Assembly: GCA_964401485.1 (NCBI GenBank)
Contig: CAYNYL010000005.1
Location: 8,158-72,157 of the forward strand
Direction: 5' to 3'
Length of the DNA: 64,000 nt
From: an uncultured Gammaproteobacteria bacterium
Lineage (GTDB): Bacteria > Patescibacteriota > Patescibacteriia > UBA9934
Under the pieces are notes generated by a model. It made no database searches, was not told the origin of the DNA, and saw only the letters and a list, made by a program, of their open reading frames with translations. Below are positions 37,503-48,432 of the stretch, piece after piece. Made by a program: the position numbers and the translations under genes. How positions within the stretch are numbered: the stretch's first letter is position 1; every line of letters starts with the position of its first letter.

Positions 37503-38192
37503 ATGGCGTTTGTCATGCGAAAACTCGATGTAGCCCCGCAATTACTCGGGGATAAGCTTCGCGCCCTACGACGAGGGAAGGCGATTACTCTTGAGCTTAT
37601 CGAAAAGAAGACGCACATCCAACGGCGGTATCTTGAGGCTCTTGAACGAGGGCGCTACGAACTTCTTCCAGAGCCGCTCTATACCCGTAATTTTATCCGT
37701 TCCTATGCTCGGGCACTCGGGGCGGACGAGCAATACTTTATTGAGCTTTACGAAGACGAGGTGGGGGTTTGCGATTTGGTAAAACCGCTTCAAACCCCAA
37801 GACAACGCGTTCGCGCAAAGCTTCTCTTTGTATGGAATCGCGCAATACCGATGGCTATGGTTGGCCTTGTTGTTCTCGGGGTCTGTAGTTATATCGGGTA
37901 CCAGATTGTTCGGCTTACAGCGCCACCTGATATCATCGTCTTTTCTCCGGTCGACCAAAGTATTTCCTCGTCCCCAATCTTACTTGTTGAAGGTCTTGGA
38001 GAAAAAGAGACAACGATATTGATTAATCACGAGGAAGTTGTGGTCAATGATGACCAAACATTTTCTACGGAGATACATTTAGACCGTGGAATCAATACGA
38101 TCACCATCGAGGCATCGCGACGCTACTCGAGAAAAGTTGAGATTGAACGCACAGTACTATTCAATCCAGATACTGTGTCTCTTGATTTGTGA
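37503..38192 (+). CDS. RodZ-like protein (XRE-type HTH, a single TM, and a C-terminal DUF4115-like domain)
   Basis: The HTH reads LRALRRGKAITLELIEKKTHIQRRYLEALE and the TM reads AIPMAMVGLVVLGVCSYIGY. The protein has a C-terminal beta domain. Confidence 0.6.
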   Translation: MAFVMRKLDVAPQLLGDKLRALRRGKAITLELIEKKTHIQRRYLEALERGRYELLPEPLYTRNFIRSYARALGADEQYFIELYEDEVGVCDLVKPLQTPRQRVRAKLLFVWNRAIPMAMVGLVVLGVCSYIGYQIVRLTAPPDIIVFSPVDQSISSSPILLVEGLGEKETTILINHEEVVVNDDQTFSTEIHLDRGINTITIEASRRYSRKVEIERTVLFNPDTVSLDL

Positions 38193-38254
38193 ATAATTAG
38201 TGGCGGGAATTAACGGATTTGTTATTCTGTATTTATGGGGGCAACCCCATTTTA

Positions 38255-38263
38255 TTATCCACA
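38255..38263. promoter_or_regulatory. Perfect DnaA box TTATCCACA in the recA upstream region
   Basis: Read directly in the sequence. No LexA/Cheo box recognised. Confidence 0.4.
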
Positions 38264-38281
38264 CTCCCCACGAAATATTTT

Positions 38282-39307
38282 ATGGCGAAGTCCATGACCG
38301 AGAAGACTGGCGGTGGTTCTGAGAAGCAGAACGCTGCGTTAGAGGCAATTAGTCAAATTAAGCAACGCTTTGGCGAAGGTGCGATTATGCGCCTTGGGGA
38401 CGCGAAGGCAATGCAAATCGATGCGATTCCAACTGGGTGTCTCTCGCTCGACTTGGCGCTCGGAATTGGTGGAGTTCCACGAGGACGTATTATTGAAATT
38501 TATGGACCGGAATCCTCCGGTAAAACAACACTTGCACAACATATCGTAGCCGAAACACAAAAGTTGGGCGGAGTTGCGGCGTTCGTAGATGCGGAGCATG
38601 CGCTTGATCCGGAGTATGCGAAGAAAATCGGTGTAAATATCGATGAAATGTACATTTCACAACCGGACACCGGCGAACAGGCGCTCGAGATTGTTGAAAC
38701 GCTTGTGAGGTCGAATGCGGTTGATGTGATCGTTGTAGACTCGGTTGCAGCGCTTACCCCTCGTGCGGAAATTGAAGGGGACATGGGGGATTCACACATG
38801 GGGCTCCAGGCCCGACTTATGAGTCAGGCACTTCGTAAACTTGCTGGTATTATCTCAAAGAGTAAAACGTCCGTGATTTTCATCAACCAGATTCGTATGA
38901 AAATCGGTGTGATGTTTGGCAATCCGGAGACGACCCCTGGTGGAAATGCCCTCAAGTTCTATGCCTCGGTACGCATGGAGATCCGTCGCGCCGCGCAAAT
39001 CAAGCAGGGTGAGGCGATTGTAGGAAACCATGTGAAGGTGAAGGTTGTAAAAAACAAGGTTGCGCCACCGTTTCAAAACGCGGAGTTCGATATCATGTAC
39101 AACGAGGGAATCTCTATCGCTGGAGACCTTGTGGACCTCGGGTCCGAGATGGCAGTCATTGATAAAAAGGGTAGCTCCTATAATTACGCGGGGGAACGCA
39201 TTGCTGTTGGGCGAGAGAATGCCAAGGCGATTCTCAAGGAGAATCAAGCTTTATCCGCTAAGATTCGCAAAGAAATAATGGATAAGGTAAAGGCATCTAG
39301 GGCCTAA
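38282..39307 (+). CDS. recA: Recombinase RecA
   Basis: Walker [12 protein letters not shown] and full-length family conservation. Start set at the ATG at 38282 (MAKSMTEK). Confidence 0.95.
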   Translation: MAKSMTEKTGGGSEKQNAALEAISQIKQRFGEGAIMRLGDAKAMQIDAIPTGCLSLDLALGIGGVPRGRIIEIYGPESSGKTTLAQHIVAETQKLGGVAAFVDAEHALDPEYAKKIGVNIDEMYISQPDTGEQALEIVETLVRSNAVDVIVVDSVAALTPRAEIEGDMGDSHMGLQARLMSQALRKLAGIISKSKTSVIFINQIRMKIGVMFGNPETTPGGNALKFYASVRMEIRRAAQIKQGEAIVGNHVKVKVVKNKVAPPFQNAEFDIMYNEGISIAGDLVDLGSEMAVIDKKGSSYNYAGERIAVGRENAKAILKENQALSAKIRKEIMDKVKASRA

Positions 39308-39329
39308 GTAAAAGAAATTGGGGGTTTCC

Positions 39330-39372
39330 TTGACGATAAGCGAGGGAGTTTGCTATAATTTCCTCGCTTATC
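39330..39372 (+). promoter_or_regulatory. Putative rpoB promoter TTGACG-N18-TATAAT enclosed by a perfect 11-bp inverted repeat (GATAAGCGAGG...CCTCGCTTATC)
   Basis: Read directly in the sequence. The IR arms are at 39335-39345 and 39362-39372, with the -10 at 39354-39359 inside the spacer. Confidence 0.55.
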
Positions 39373-39547
39373 AATGCATTGAGCCACGAAAAACGCCTTG
39401 TGGGAGGTAGTATCGTGATAACCATCTAGTTTGGTGTGAACCCCCAACACCCAAATCGTCTTTTGAAAGTCGCTCTTTCGAAGGCAAAACAATTAAAGAA
39501 GGGATAATGTTAAACGCTTGAACAACAAGCGCGCTTTTGTTTGTACA

Positions 39548-42500
39548 ATGATTATGCCAAAAACCCAGTCACATCTCCGAGAACGAAAGTATTTTACAAA
39601 CATCCGAAATGCAATGGATTTGCCGGACCTTATTGAGGTTCAAAAGGCATCCTACGCATGGTTCTTGAACCAAGGAATCAAGGAGCTCTTTTATGAAGTG
39701 TCTCCGATTAAGGATTTCATCGGTCGAGACCTTGAGCTTTCGTTTGAAGATTACTATCTTGACGAGCCAAAATTCGACGAAAAGACCTCGCAAGACAAGA
39801 ACGTGACCTATGAGGCTCCGCTTCGTGTTAAGGCGGTGCTTCGAAATACGCGAACGAATGATGTTAAGGAGCAAGAGATCTATCTCGGAGATCTTCCAGT
39901 TATGACCTCTCGTGGAACATTCATTATTAACGGTATTGAACGTGTCATCGTTTCACAGCTCGTACGAAGCGCGGGGGCCTTCTTTACGGCGGAAGCGGTG
40001 CGAGGACGACGCTACTACGGGGCGAAGATTATCCCTAACCGTGGAGCGTGGCTTGAATTTGAAACGGATGCGAAAAATGTTATTTGGGTAAAGATTGATC
40101 GAAAGCGTAAGGTTGCGGTTACCGCGCTTCTACGCGCCTTCGGTTATTCAACGAATGACGAAATTACGGCGCTTTTCCGAGATGTCGATACCCACCCGAT
40201 GAACAGCTACATCGAGTCGACGCTCGCAAAAGACATTTCGACGAATGAAGAAGAGGGTCTCAAGGAGGTCTACAAGCGTATTCGACCGGGCGATCTCGCG
40301 ACGGCGGATAACGCGAAGCAGTTGATCCACTCGATGTTCTTCAATTTCGATCGTTACGATCTTGGAACGGTTGGACGCTACAAGTTCAACTTACGATTTG
40401 GAAAGGAAAAACCGGAAGAAGGCGTTCAAGAGGAAGAGCACCGAATTCTTTCAAAAGAGGATCTTGTTCTTATTGTTCGCGAAATTATCGAGCTTAACAA
40501 CCGACAAGGGGAGCCGGATGATGTTGATCACCTTGGAAACCGACGTATTCGAGGGGTTGGAGAACTCATTCAAAACCGTTTCCGAATCGGACTTGCTCGT
40601 ATGGAGCGTATCGTTCGTGACCGTATGTCGACCTATGACATCGAGTCATTGTCCCCAGGACGACTTATCAATGCCCGACCGGTTATCGGAGCGAGCCGTG
40701 AGTTCTTCATGTCCTCACAGCTTTCGCAGTTCATGGACCAAACAAACCCACTTTCGGAGCTTGAGCACAAGCGCCGACTTTCCGCGATGGGACAGGGCGG
40801 ACTTTCGCGTGAGCGTGCGGGATTTGAAGTGCGTGACGTGCACTCGACCCACTATGGACGTATTTGTCCGGTACAAACCCCTGAAGGACCAAACATTGGA
40901 CTTGTCGGACAGCTCGCGAGTTATGCACGAATCAACCAGTACGGATTTATCGAAACGCCGTACCGAAAAGTGGTTCTTGAGAATGGTCGTCCACGCGTAA
41001 CAGACGAAATTGAATATTTGAACGCGTTTAAGGAAGAAAAGTCGGTTACAGCGCCAGCGACAACGAAGCTCGACGAGCAAGGATTTATTGTTGGAGATTT
41101 CGTTGAAGCGCGTAAGTTTGGAGAGGCGAAGTCGGTTCCATCCGTTGAGGTTAACTACCTCGACGTCTCTTCGACGCAAATCGTTTCGATCGCAACGGCG
41201 CTCGTTCCGTTCCTTGAGCACGACGACTCAACACGCGCCCTCATGGGATCGAACATGCAACGTCAGGCCGTTCCTACGATCAATCCAAAGGCACCAATTA
41301 TCGGTACCGGAATGGAGCGCCGAGCAGCGATTGATTCGGGTCACGTTCTTAAAGCGGAAGATGATGGAGAAGTGACGGCAGTTAACGGAGGAAAAGTAAC
41401 GGTTCTTTATAAGAAATTGGGTTCGGTTACCTATGGTCTTAACAAGTTTAAGCGTTCAAACGCTTCAACGGCGATTAACCAGCGTCCAGTTGTAAACGTT
41501 GGAGATTCGGTTAAGACGGGAGATGTTCTTGCGGACGGTCCATCGGTCGACAAGGGAGAACTTGCGCTTGGACAAAACATGCTTGTTGCGTTCATGAGCT
41601 GGGATGGATACAACTACGACGACGCGGTCATTATCTCGGAGCGCGTTGTGCAAGATGACCGATTCACGACGGTTTCGCTTGAAAACCACACGATCGACAT
41701 CCGAGATACGAAGCTTGGACCAGAGGTTGTTACGGCTGATATTCCAAACGTTTCCGAGGAAAAGTTGAAGCACTTGGATAGCGAGGGAATCATTCGTATC
41801 GGAGCCGAGGTAAAGTCGGGCGACATTCTCGTTGGAAAGATCACACCAAAGGGAGAGACGGAACTTTCCGCGGAAGAAAAGCTTTTGCGTGCGATTTTCG
41901 GAGAGAAGGCGCGAGATGTTCGCGATTCTTCGCTTTACTTGCAACATGGAAATAAAGGAAAGGTTGTCGATATCAAGATCTTCTCGCGAGAAGATGGCGA
42001 TACACTTCCACCAGGAGTGATTAAATCGATCCAAGTAACGATTGCCGACCTTCGAAAGCTCCAAGTTGGAGATAAGGTTGCGGGACGACATGGAAACAAG
42101 GGAGTTGTTTCAAAAGTTGTTCCGGTTGAAGATATGCCATTTGCGGCCGATGGTCGCGCGGTTGATGTGATTTTGACCCCACTTGGAGTCGTATCGCGTA
42201 TGAACCTTGGACAGATTCTTGAGGTTCACCTTGGACTTGCTGCCGATACCCTCGGGTACCACGTCGCGGCGCCGGTATTTACCGGAATTCCAGAATCCGT
42301 CGTTGGAGATGAGCTTGAAAAAGCGGGATTCCCGCGATCAGGACAGCTTCGCCTACACGATGGACGCACCGGAGAGAAGTTCGATCACGACGTAACGGTT
42401 GGAATCATGTACATGCTCAAGCTTAACCACATGGTTGAAGACAAGATGCACCAACGTTCAATCGGACCATACTCCCTTATTACGCAACAGCCTCTTGGAG

Positions 42501-42790
42501 GAAAGGCGCAATTTGGAGGACAGCGTTTCGGAGAAATGGAAGTTTGGGCGCTCGAGGCATACGGCGCGGCGCACACGCTTCAAGAAATTCTCACGATCAA
42601 ATCAGACGATGTTCCGGGACGATCAAAAGCCTACGAAGCGATTATTAAGGGAGAGGGAATTCGCAAGGTGAATATTCCAGAGTCGTTCAACGTTCTTGTT
42701 CGTGAGCTTAAGGGACTTTGTCTTGACGTCGAGCTTCTCCGCGCAGGAAAGAATATCGACCTTGATAACCGTGACCACAACCAAACCTAA
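39548..42790 (+). CDS. rpoB: DNA-directed RNA polymerase subunit beta
   Basis: Conserved along its full length ([15 protein letters not shown] at the N-terminus). Start taken at MIMPK. Confidence 0.95.
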   Translation: MIMPKTQSHLRERKYFTNIRNAMDLPDLIEVQKASYAWFLNQGIKELFYEVSPIKDFIGRDLELSFEDYYLDEPKFDEKTSQDKNVTYEAPLRVKAVLRNTRTNDVKEQEIYLGDLPVMTSRGTFIINGIERVIVSQLVRSAGAFFTAEAVRGRRYYGAKIIPNRGAWLEFETDAKNVIWVKIDRKRKVAVTALLRAFGYSTNDEITALFRDVDTHPMNSYIESTLAKDISTNEEEGLKEVYKRIRPGDLATADNAKQLIHSMFFNFDRYDLGTVGRYKFNLRFGKEKPEEGVQEEEHRILSKEDLVLIVREIIELNNRQGEPDDVDHLGNRRIRGVGELIQNRFRIGLARMERIVRDRMSTYDIESLSPGRLINARPVIGASREFFMSSQLSQFMDQTNPLSELEHKRRLSAMGQGGLSRERAGFEVRDVHSTHYGRICPVQTPEGPNIGLVGQLASYARINQYGFIETPYRKVVLENGRPRVTDEIEYLNAFKEEKSVTAPATTKLDEQGFIVGDFVEARKFGEAKSVPSVEVNYLDVSSTQIVSIATALVPFLEHDDSTRALMGSNMQRQAVPTINPKAPIIGTGMERRAAIDSGHVLKAEDDGEVTAVNGGKVTVLYKKLGSVTYGLNKFKRSNASTAINQRPVVNVGDSVKTGDVLADGPSVDKGELALGQNMLVAFMSWDGYNYDDAVIISERVVQDDRFTTVSLENHTIDIRDTKLGPEVVTADIPNVSEEKLKHLDSEGIIRIGAEVKSGDILVGKITPKGETELSAEEKLLRAIFGEKARDVRDSSLYLQHGNKGKVVDIKIFSREDGDTLPPGVIKSIQVTIADLRKLQVGDKVAGRHGNKGVVSKVVPVEDMPFAADGRAVDVILTPLGVVSRMNLGQILEVHLGLAADTLGYHVAAPVFTGIPESVVGDELEKAGFPRSGQLRLHDGRTGEKFDHDVTVGIMYMLKLNHMVEDKMHQRSIGPYSLITQQPLGGKAQFGGQRFGEMEVWALEAYGAAHTLQEILTIKSDDVPGRSKAYEAIIKGEGIRKVNIPESFNVLVRELKGLCLDVELLRAGKNIDLDNRDHNQT

Positions 42791-42811
42791 TCCGTTTAGC
42801 GAACCTATTTT

Positions 42812-45800
42812 ATGGCATTACACCTAAATACACTCAAATCAACGGATTTTGACTCGATCCGACTCCGCCTCGCGTCTCCAGACGTGATGCGAAAGTGGTC
42901 ATACGGCGAAATTACGAAGCCTGAAACGATCAACTACCGAACCCAAAAGCCGGAGAAGCATGGACTTTTCGCGGAAGAGATTTTTGGACCGTCGAAAGAC
43001 TGGGAATGTTATTGCGGAAAATACAAAAAGATCCGTTACAAGGGAATTATCTGTGATAAATGTGGCGTTGAAGTAACGCAGGCGGTTGTTCGACGTGAGC
43101 GAATGGGTCACATCGAACTCGCGGCGCCGGTTTCCCACGTTTGGTATCTCCGTGGCGTTCCGTCAAAGATCGGTACGATTCTTGATGTAAGCGTTCAGGC
43201 GCTCGAAAAAGTTATTTACTTTACGAGTTTCATTATCACGGACGTGAACCAGGCGGCGAAGGAGCAAACGATTGAGCAGGTAAAACTTGAGTACAAGGCA
43301 AAGCAAAAGATGATCGAGGGTGAGCAAAAGCGAGATCTCGGTCGCGTAGAGGAGAAATACAAGGACGACAAGAAGGCGCTCGAGGCCGAGAAAAAGCGCA
43401 TTGAAGAGGCGACGGCGCAAAAACTCGAAGAGCTCGAGGCGGATTTCCTTGCGGTTGATCAAGATTTGAAGGAGATCGAGGTAATGAAGATCATTCCTGA
43501 AACGACCTACCACGAGTGGTCGATCAAGTACGGTCATATTTTTGACGCAGGAATTGGAGCGGATTCCGTATTGAAGCTTTTGAAGCGTGTTGATATTCCT
43601 GCAACGATTGAAAAGCTTAACGAAGAGCTCGGCGACACCCGTTCGAAGACAAAGCACGACCGAATTCTTCGTCGTCTAAAGCTCCTCCACGCGCTCAATA
43701 AGACAAATGTTCACCCAACCTGGATGGTTCTTCAAGTTCTCCCGGTTATTCCGGCTGACCTTCGACCGATGGTTGCGCTTGACGGAGGACGATTTGCAAC
43801 AAGCGACTTGAACGACCTTTACCGACGCGTTATTAACCGAAACAACCGATTGAAGCGTCTCCATGCCCTTAATGCTCCGGAAGTTATTACCCGAAACGAA
43901 AAACGCATGCTTCAAGAGGCGGTTGATGCCCTCCTTGATAACTCCGCACGAACGTCAAAGACTGTTATCGCGGCAACGGGAAAGAAGCGACAGCTTAAAT
44001 CCCTTTCGGACCTTTTGAAGGGAAAGCAGGGTCGATTCCGACAAAACCTTCTTGGTAAGCGTATCGACTACTCGGGACGATCGGTTATCGTTGTTGGACC
44101 GAGTCTTCGAATCGATCAATGCGGAATTCCGAAGAAAATGGCACTTGAGCTTTTCCGCCCATTTGTTATCTCGAAACTTATTTCACGAGAATACGTTCAC
44201 AACATCCGTTCGGCGAACCGATTTATCGATTCGGATCGTTCGGAGGTTTGGGACATTCTTGAAGAGGTAACAAAGGACGCTTTCGTTCTTCTTAACCGCG
44301 CTCCAACGCTTCACCGTCTTGGAATTCAGGCTTTCCGCCCAGTTCTTATCGAAGGAAAGGCGATTCAGGTTCACCCGCTCGTTTGTGACGCGTATAACGC
44401 TGACTTCGACGGAGACCAGATGGCGGTACACGTTCCGCTTACGAAAGAGGCGCGAAAAGAGGCACAAGAGATCATGCTCTCAATCCACAACCTTCTTAAG
44501 CCATCCCACGGAGGTACGGTAACGACCCCTGGAAAGGATATTGCTTGGGCAGCGTTTTACATGACGATGACGTTTGACGAGCCAAACGAGAAGACAATGA
44601 AGTCGTTTGCAACGCCTGACGAAGCGATTTACGTACAACAAGCGGGTCATATTAAGATGCAAGACTGGATTCGCGTACGAATGAACGGAGAACTTGTAAC
44701 GACAACGGTCGGACGATTGATCTTTAACCGCGTATTCCCAGAAAAGATCGGGTTTGTAAACTCAACGCTTTCAAAGAAGGCGCTTGCGGCAATCGTTCGT
44801 GATGTTCTCGAATACTACGGATCTGAGTATACGGCGCGTATTCTCGATGGAATTAAGGAGCTTGGATTCCACTACGCAATGCGTTCTGGATTCTCATGGG
44901 GAATGAGCGAGCTTCCTTCGATCGCGGGACGCGATGAGTTGATTGAGGACGGAGAGCGACGGGTGCAAGAGGTAGAATCCTTCTTTGCACAGGGACTTTT
45001 GACCCAAAGCGAGCGACACTCACAAATCATCAAGATTTGGGCCGAGGTAAAGGATGAAATTGGAGAGCTTGCAAAGAACGCCCTTACAAAGGGAAGCTCG
45101 GCTTATACAATGATTGAGTCTGGAGCTCGAGGAGCTTGGAGCCAGCTTACGCAGATGATTGGAATGATCGGACTTAAGGCGTCTCCAAGCGGAGAAACGA
45201 TCGAGCTTCCGGTAAAATCTTCGTTTAAAGACGGAGTAGACGTTCTTGAATTCTTCATCTCCTCACACGGTATTCGAAAAGGACTTACCGATACGGCGCT
45301 TAAGACCGCAAACGCTGGATACCTTACCCGACGTCTCGTTGACGTCGCGCAAGATGTCGTTGTTATGGAGGAGGATTGTGGTGATACGGAAGGTGTGACG
45401 ATTACGCATGAAGAATCGGAAGAAATCGGAGAGCCGCTTCTCGTTCGTATTCTTGGACGCTACGCGCTTTCCGAGATTACGATGCCGGGAGGACGAAAGT
45501 CGGTTGTTGAGGCTGGTGAACTTATCATGGAAGACCATGTTCGAGCGCTTTCCGCTGCAAAGCAACCGCTTATGGAGGCGCACGTTCGCTCGGTTATGAC
45601 CTGTAAGTCAACACGCGGAGTCTGCCAAAAGTGTTATGGATACGACCTTTCGTACAACAAGCTCGTAAAGATCGGCACGGCGGTTGGAATTATCGCGGCA
45701 CAATCGATCGGAGAGCCTGGAACACAGCTTACGATGCGTACCTTCCACATGGGAGGAGTTGCCGGAAAAGACATCACACAAGGACTTCCTCGTGTTGAAG

Positions 45801-46873
45801 AGCTTTTCGAGGCGCGTATTCCAAAGCAAAAGGCGATCATGAGCGAAGTTTCTGGATCCGTTGAGATCGAAGAGGCGGAGCGTACAATCGAGCAGGTTGG
45901 AACGGGAAAGAAGATGACCGATACGCGACCGGGACAAAAGATCGTTCGTGTTCGCTACACGGCGGTCGAAGAGGCGTCGATTATCCTCGGACGTGGAGCA
46001 AAGATTGCCGTTAAGGAAGGGGACGCGATTAAGAAGGGAGATGTTCTTGGAGAAACGAAGGAAGGTGCGAAGGTTCTCGCACAAGCGGATGGACGAATCG
46101 CAAGCGTTTCAAAGACGGCGGTTGGCCTTGTCGCCGAAGCGTCAAAGGTGCGCGAATACATTATCCCTCAAGGATATACCCTCTACGTGAAGTCGGGAGA
46201 CAGTATCCTTGCCGGAGACCTTCTTACGGAGGGTCACGTCGACCTTGCGGCGCTTTACCGCTACAAGGGAAAGGAAGCGGTTCAACGCTACCTCTCGAAG
46301 GAAATTCTCGCGATTTATGCCTCGCAAGGACAGAAGCTTAACAACAAGCACATCGAGATCATGATCCGACAGATGTTCTCGCGCGTCCGCGTTATTGAGC
46401 CAGGCGATTCAGAGTTCCTCCCAGGAGAGGTAATCGAGAAGTCGACGCTCCTTGAGGCCCTCGCGACGATCGAGAAGGGGCAGACCGCTCCAACCTTCGA
46501 AGAATTGTTCCTCGGAATTACGAAGGTTTCTCTCTCGACGGAAAGCTGGCTCTCGTCCGCGTCCTTCCAAGAAACCGCTCGCGTTCTTATCAACGCTTCG
46601 GTCACCGGAAAGATTGACCGACTCCAGGGTCTTAAGGAAAACGTCATTATCGGACGCCTTATTCCTGCGGGAACGGGACTCGATAAGACCGGCTTCATGC
46701 CAAATATGGAAGACGACTACGAAGTTGGTGGCGATATCGTTCAAGCAAGCCAAATGGAGGGACTTGAAGAGATGATCGTTGACGAAACAGCGAAAGAAGT
46801 ACCGGTAGAAGAAGATGTAACCGAGGCCGCTGAAGAAGCTGCCGAGGAAGCAAAGGATGAAAGTGAAGAATAA
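42812..46873 (+). CDS. rpoC: DNA-directed RNA polymerase subunit beta' (acidic C-terminal tail)
   Basis: Zinc-binding CYCGKYKKIRYKGIICDKCGVEV and NADFDGDQM catalytic motif. Confidence 0.95.
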   Translation: MALHLNTLKSTDFDSIRLRLASPDVMRKWSYGEITKPETINYRTQKPEKHGLFAEEIFGPSKDWECYCGKYKKIRYKGIICDKCGVEVTQAVVRRERMGHIELAAPVSHVWYLRGVPSKIGTILDVSVQALEKVIYFTSFIITDVNQAAKEQTIEQVKLEYKAKQKMIEGEQKRDLGRVEEKYKDDKKALEAEKKRIEEATAQKLEELEADFLAVDQDLKEIEVMKIIPETTYHEWSIKYGHIFDAGIGADSVLKLLKRVDIPATIEKLNEELGDTRSKTKHDRILRRLKLLHALNKTNVHPTWMVLQVLPVIPADLRPMVALDGGRFATSDLNDLYRRVINRNNRLKRLHALNAPEVITRNEKRMLQEAVDALLDNSARTSKTVIAATGKKRQLKSLSDLLKGKQGRFRQNLLGKRIDYSGRSVIVVGPSLRIDQCGIPKKMALELFRPFVISKLISREYVHNIRSANRFIDSDRSEVWDILEEVTKDAFVLLNRAPTLHRLGIQAFRPVLIEGKAIQVHPLVCDAYNADFDGDQMAVHVPLTKEARKEAQEIMLSIHNLLKPSHGGTVTTPGKDIAWAAFYMTMTFDEPNEKTMKSFATPDEAIYVQQAGHIKMQDWIRVRMNGELVTTTVGRLIFNRVFPEKIGFVNSTLSKKALAAIVRDVLEYYGSEYTARILDGIKELGFHYAMRSGFSWGMSELPSIAGRDELIEDGERRVQEVESFFAQGLLTQSERHSQIIKIWAEVKDEIGELAKNALTKGSSAYTMIESGARGAWSQLTQMIGMIGLKASPSGETIELPVKSSFKDGVDVLEFFISSHGIRKGLTDTALKTANAGYLTRRLVDVAQDVVVMEEDCGDTEGVTITHEESEEIGEPLLVRILGRYALSEITMPGGRKSVVEAGELIMEDHVRALSAAKQPLMEAHVRSVMTCKSTRGVCQKCYGYDLSYNKLVKIGTAVGIIAAQSIGEPGTQLTMRTFHMGGVAGKDITQGLPRVEELFEARIPKQKAIMSEVSGSVEIEEAERTIEQVGTGKKMTDTRPGQKIVRVRYTAVEEASIILGRGAKIAVKEGDAIKKGDVLGETKEGAKVLAQADGRIASVSKTAVGLVAEASKVREYIIPQGYTLYVKSGDSILAGDLLTEGHVDLAALYRYKGKEAVQRYLSKEILAIYASQGQKLNNKHIEIMIRQMFSRVRVIEPGDSEFLPGEVIEKSTLLEALATIEKGQTAPTFEELFLGITKVSLSTESWLSSASFQETARVLINASVTGKIDRLQGLKENVIIGRLIPAGTGLDKTGFMPNMEDDYEVGGDIVQASQMEGLEEMIVDETAKEVPVEEDVTEAAEEAAEEAKDESEE

Positions 46874-46877
46874 GGAA

Positions 46878-46902
46878 AAGACCGCCTACGGGCGGTTTTT
46901 TC
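46878..46902 (+). terminator. Rho-independent terminator (GACCGCC-tacg-GGCGGTttttt)
   Basis: Read directly in the sequence. Confidence 0.65.
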
Positions 46903-46918
46903 GTGCTAAAATAGAAAA

Positions 46919-47410
46919 ATGGAACAGGAAGAAGTTATTTTAGGGATAGATCCGGGGTTTGGCCGTTGCGGATTTGCTGTTATTCGTCGAAATGGTGGCG
47001 AGGTTCGTTGTGTTACTCACGGAGTTATCGAAACGCACTCCGGAGGAGAGTTCTCCGAGCGCCTTGTTGAGATTGGGGATGATCTTTTGAGTCTTCTTAA
47101 GAAGTACGAGCCTTCAAGGCTTGTTATGGAGCAACTCTTCTTCGCAAAGAGTACAACGACCGCACTTCAGGTTGCCGAGGTAAGAGGACTTATTACCTAT
47201 CTCTGTGCAAAACAGGGAATTGTCGTGGAAGCCGTGCTTCCAAACGAGGTGAAACTCGCACTTACGGGCTACGGACGAGCGGATAAGAAACAAATGCAGG
47301 AAATGATAAAAATGACGTTTAAGCTCGAGGCGGTCCCAAAGCCCGACGATGCCGCCGACGCGCTTGCGATTGCTTATACGGGGGCCCTTAAGGCGCGCTA
47401 CGCGAGATAA
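46919..47410 (+). CDS. ruvC: Holliday junction resolvase RuvC
   Basis: ILGIDPGFGRCGFAV, the catalytic acidic residues and typical length. Confidence 0.85.
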   Translation: MEQEEVILGIDPGFGRCGFAVIRRNGGEVRCVTHGVIETHSGGEFSERLVEIGDDLLSLLKKYEPSRLVMEQLFFAKSTTTALQVAEVRGLITYLCAKQGIVVEAVLPNEVKLALTGYGRADKKQMQEMIKMTFKLEAVPKPDDAADALAIAYTGALKARYAR

Positions 47411-47426
47411 ATGGTATACTAGAGCC

Positions 47427-47915
47427 ATGCCAAAGAAACGCACGGTCAAAGCGAAAGCTCTTGCGAAGCACGGGCAAGACGCTATTTGGAAAATAATCGA
47501 GTGGAAGCTTAACGCGGCCCTTCTTGTGATGCTCGTTTCGTTTGTTTTTCTCATCGTTTATGGAGTTTCCGGGGTACTGTTTACAACAATCGAGGCGTCG
47601 CCGATTTCGCCCCGCCAGTATCTTTACGAGCACTGCACGGAACCGGAGTGTAATGCTCTCCTCCTTGATATGATCGCAACCTGCGAAAGCCAGTGGAGAA
47701 TGATTCAAAATAGCCAATCTTCGGCCTACGGGTACTTCCAAATCCTTGATTCGACCGAGAAAACAACGCCGGTTTACAACGAAGGGCGCCGAAAATTCGA
47801 CCCTTACGCGAACGTTGAAATGGGAATATACCTCTTTGAAACACGTGGATCGAACCCTTGGAACGAGTCTCGCCACTGCTGGGCGCCCAAATATCAACGG
47901 GCTTTACAGAAGTAG
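47427..47915 (+). CDS. Membrane-anchored lytic transglycosylase (SLT domain)
   Basis: The SLT catalytic region reads CESQW...SAYGYFQILDST. The N-terminal TM is preceded by a basic segment. Start set at the ATG at 47427. Confidence 0.7.
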   Translation: MPKKRTVKAKALAKHGQDAIWKIIEWKLNAALLVMLVSFVFLIVYGVSGVLFTTIEASPISPRQYLYEHCTEPECNALLLDMIATCESQWRMIQNSQSSAYGYFQILDSTEKTTPVYNEGRRKFDPYANVEMGIYLFETRGSNPWNESRHCWAPKYQRALQK

Positions 47916-47945
47916 GCCATTTTGCTAATATACTTCCACAAATTA

Positions 47946-48022
47946 CGGGTGTGTAGCTCAGGTGGTTAGAGCGCAGTCCTGATAAGACTGAGGTCGATGG
48001 TTCGAGTCCATCCACACCCACC
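47946..48022 (+). tRNA. tRNA-Ile (anticodon GAT)
   Basis: Acceptor GGGTGTG/CACACCC, anticodon stem CAGTC/GACTG with loop ctGATaa, T-arm GATGG-TTCGAGT-CCATC, and CCA. Confidence 0.85.
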
Positions 48023-48030
48023 AGAAAAAT

Positions 48031-48222
48031 ATGGATAAGAAACTTGCCTTGGACGAAGTAAACAAGATGTTCCTTGGTGTTATTGCCGGATTCGCCGTGT
48101 ATCTAGCGGTTGACGTTACGGTGCTGCGCCTTGGATTCGTTGCCCTCGTTCTTTGCACGGGTCTATTTCCAGGAGTCCTATTCTACTTCATTGCATGGCT
48201 TTTCATGCGTGAGGCAGTCTAA
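48031..48222 (+). CDS. PspC-domain small membrane protein (63 aa)
   Basis: DEVNKMFLGVIAGFAVYLAVDVTVLRLGFVAL matches the PspC domain consensus (GVCAGLA..VRL.FV). Confidence 0.55.
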   Translation: MDKKLALDEVNKMFLGVIAGFAVYLAVDVTVLRLGFVALVLCTGLFPGVLFYFIAWLFMREAV

Positions 48223-48232
48223 GACCACACAT

Positions 48233-48307
48233 GCCGGGGTAGCTCAGTGGTAGAGCAAAGGTCTGAAGAACCTTGTGTCGTGGGTCCGATTCCCACTCCC
48301 GGCACCA
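48233..48307 (+). tRNA. tRNA-Phe (anticodon GAA)
   Basis: Acceptor GCCGGGG/TCCCGGC, anticodon stem AAGGT/ACCTT with loop ctGAAga, T-arm GTGGG-TCCGATT-CCCAC, and CCA. Confidence 0.85.
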
Positions 48308-48432
48308 AAACATCATCGCCAACCGCGGTGATTTTTTGTTTTAAGAATCAAAAAACCGCCCACCAGGTGAACGTCGCGTCACCCGTCGTAGGGGTGGGGT
48401 CGGTTCTTTGTGGGGCGGTGTATGATCCGCGA

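Noticed and set aside
35123-46084. Numerous 60-200-aa minus-strand ORFs inside ftsK, rpoB and rpoC (for example 35123..35716, 36291..36908, 41465..42091, 43163..43657, 45608..46084)
   Set aside because: All are antisense to long, highly conserved genes. Their composition is basic and low-complexity.
47581-48021. 146-aa minus-strand ORF
   Set aside because: It is antisense to the SLT gene's 3' end and runs through tRNA-Ile. There is no SD and the composition is random.
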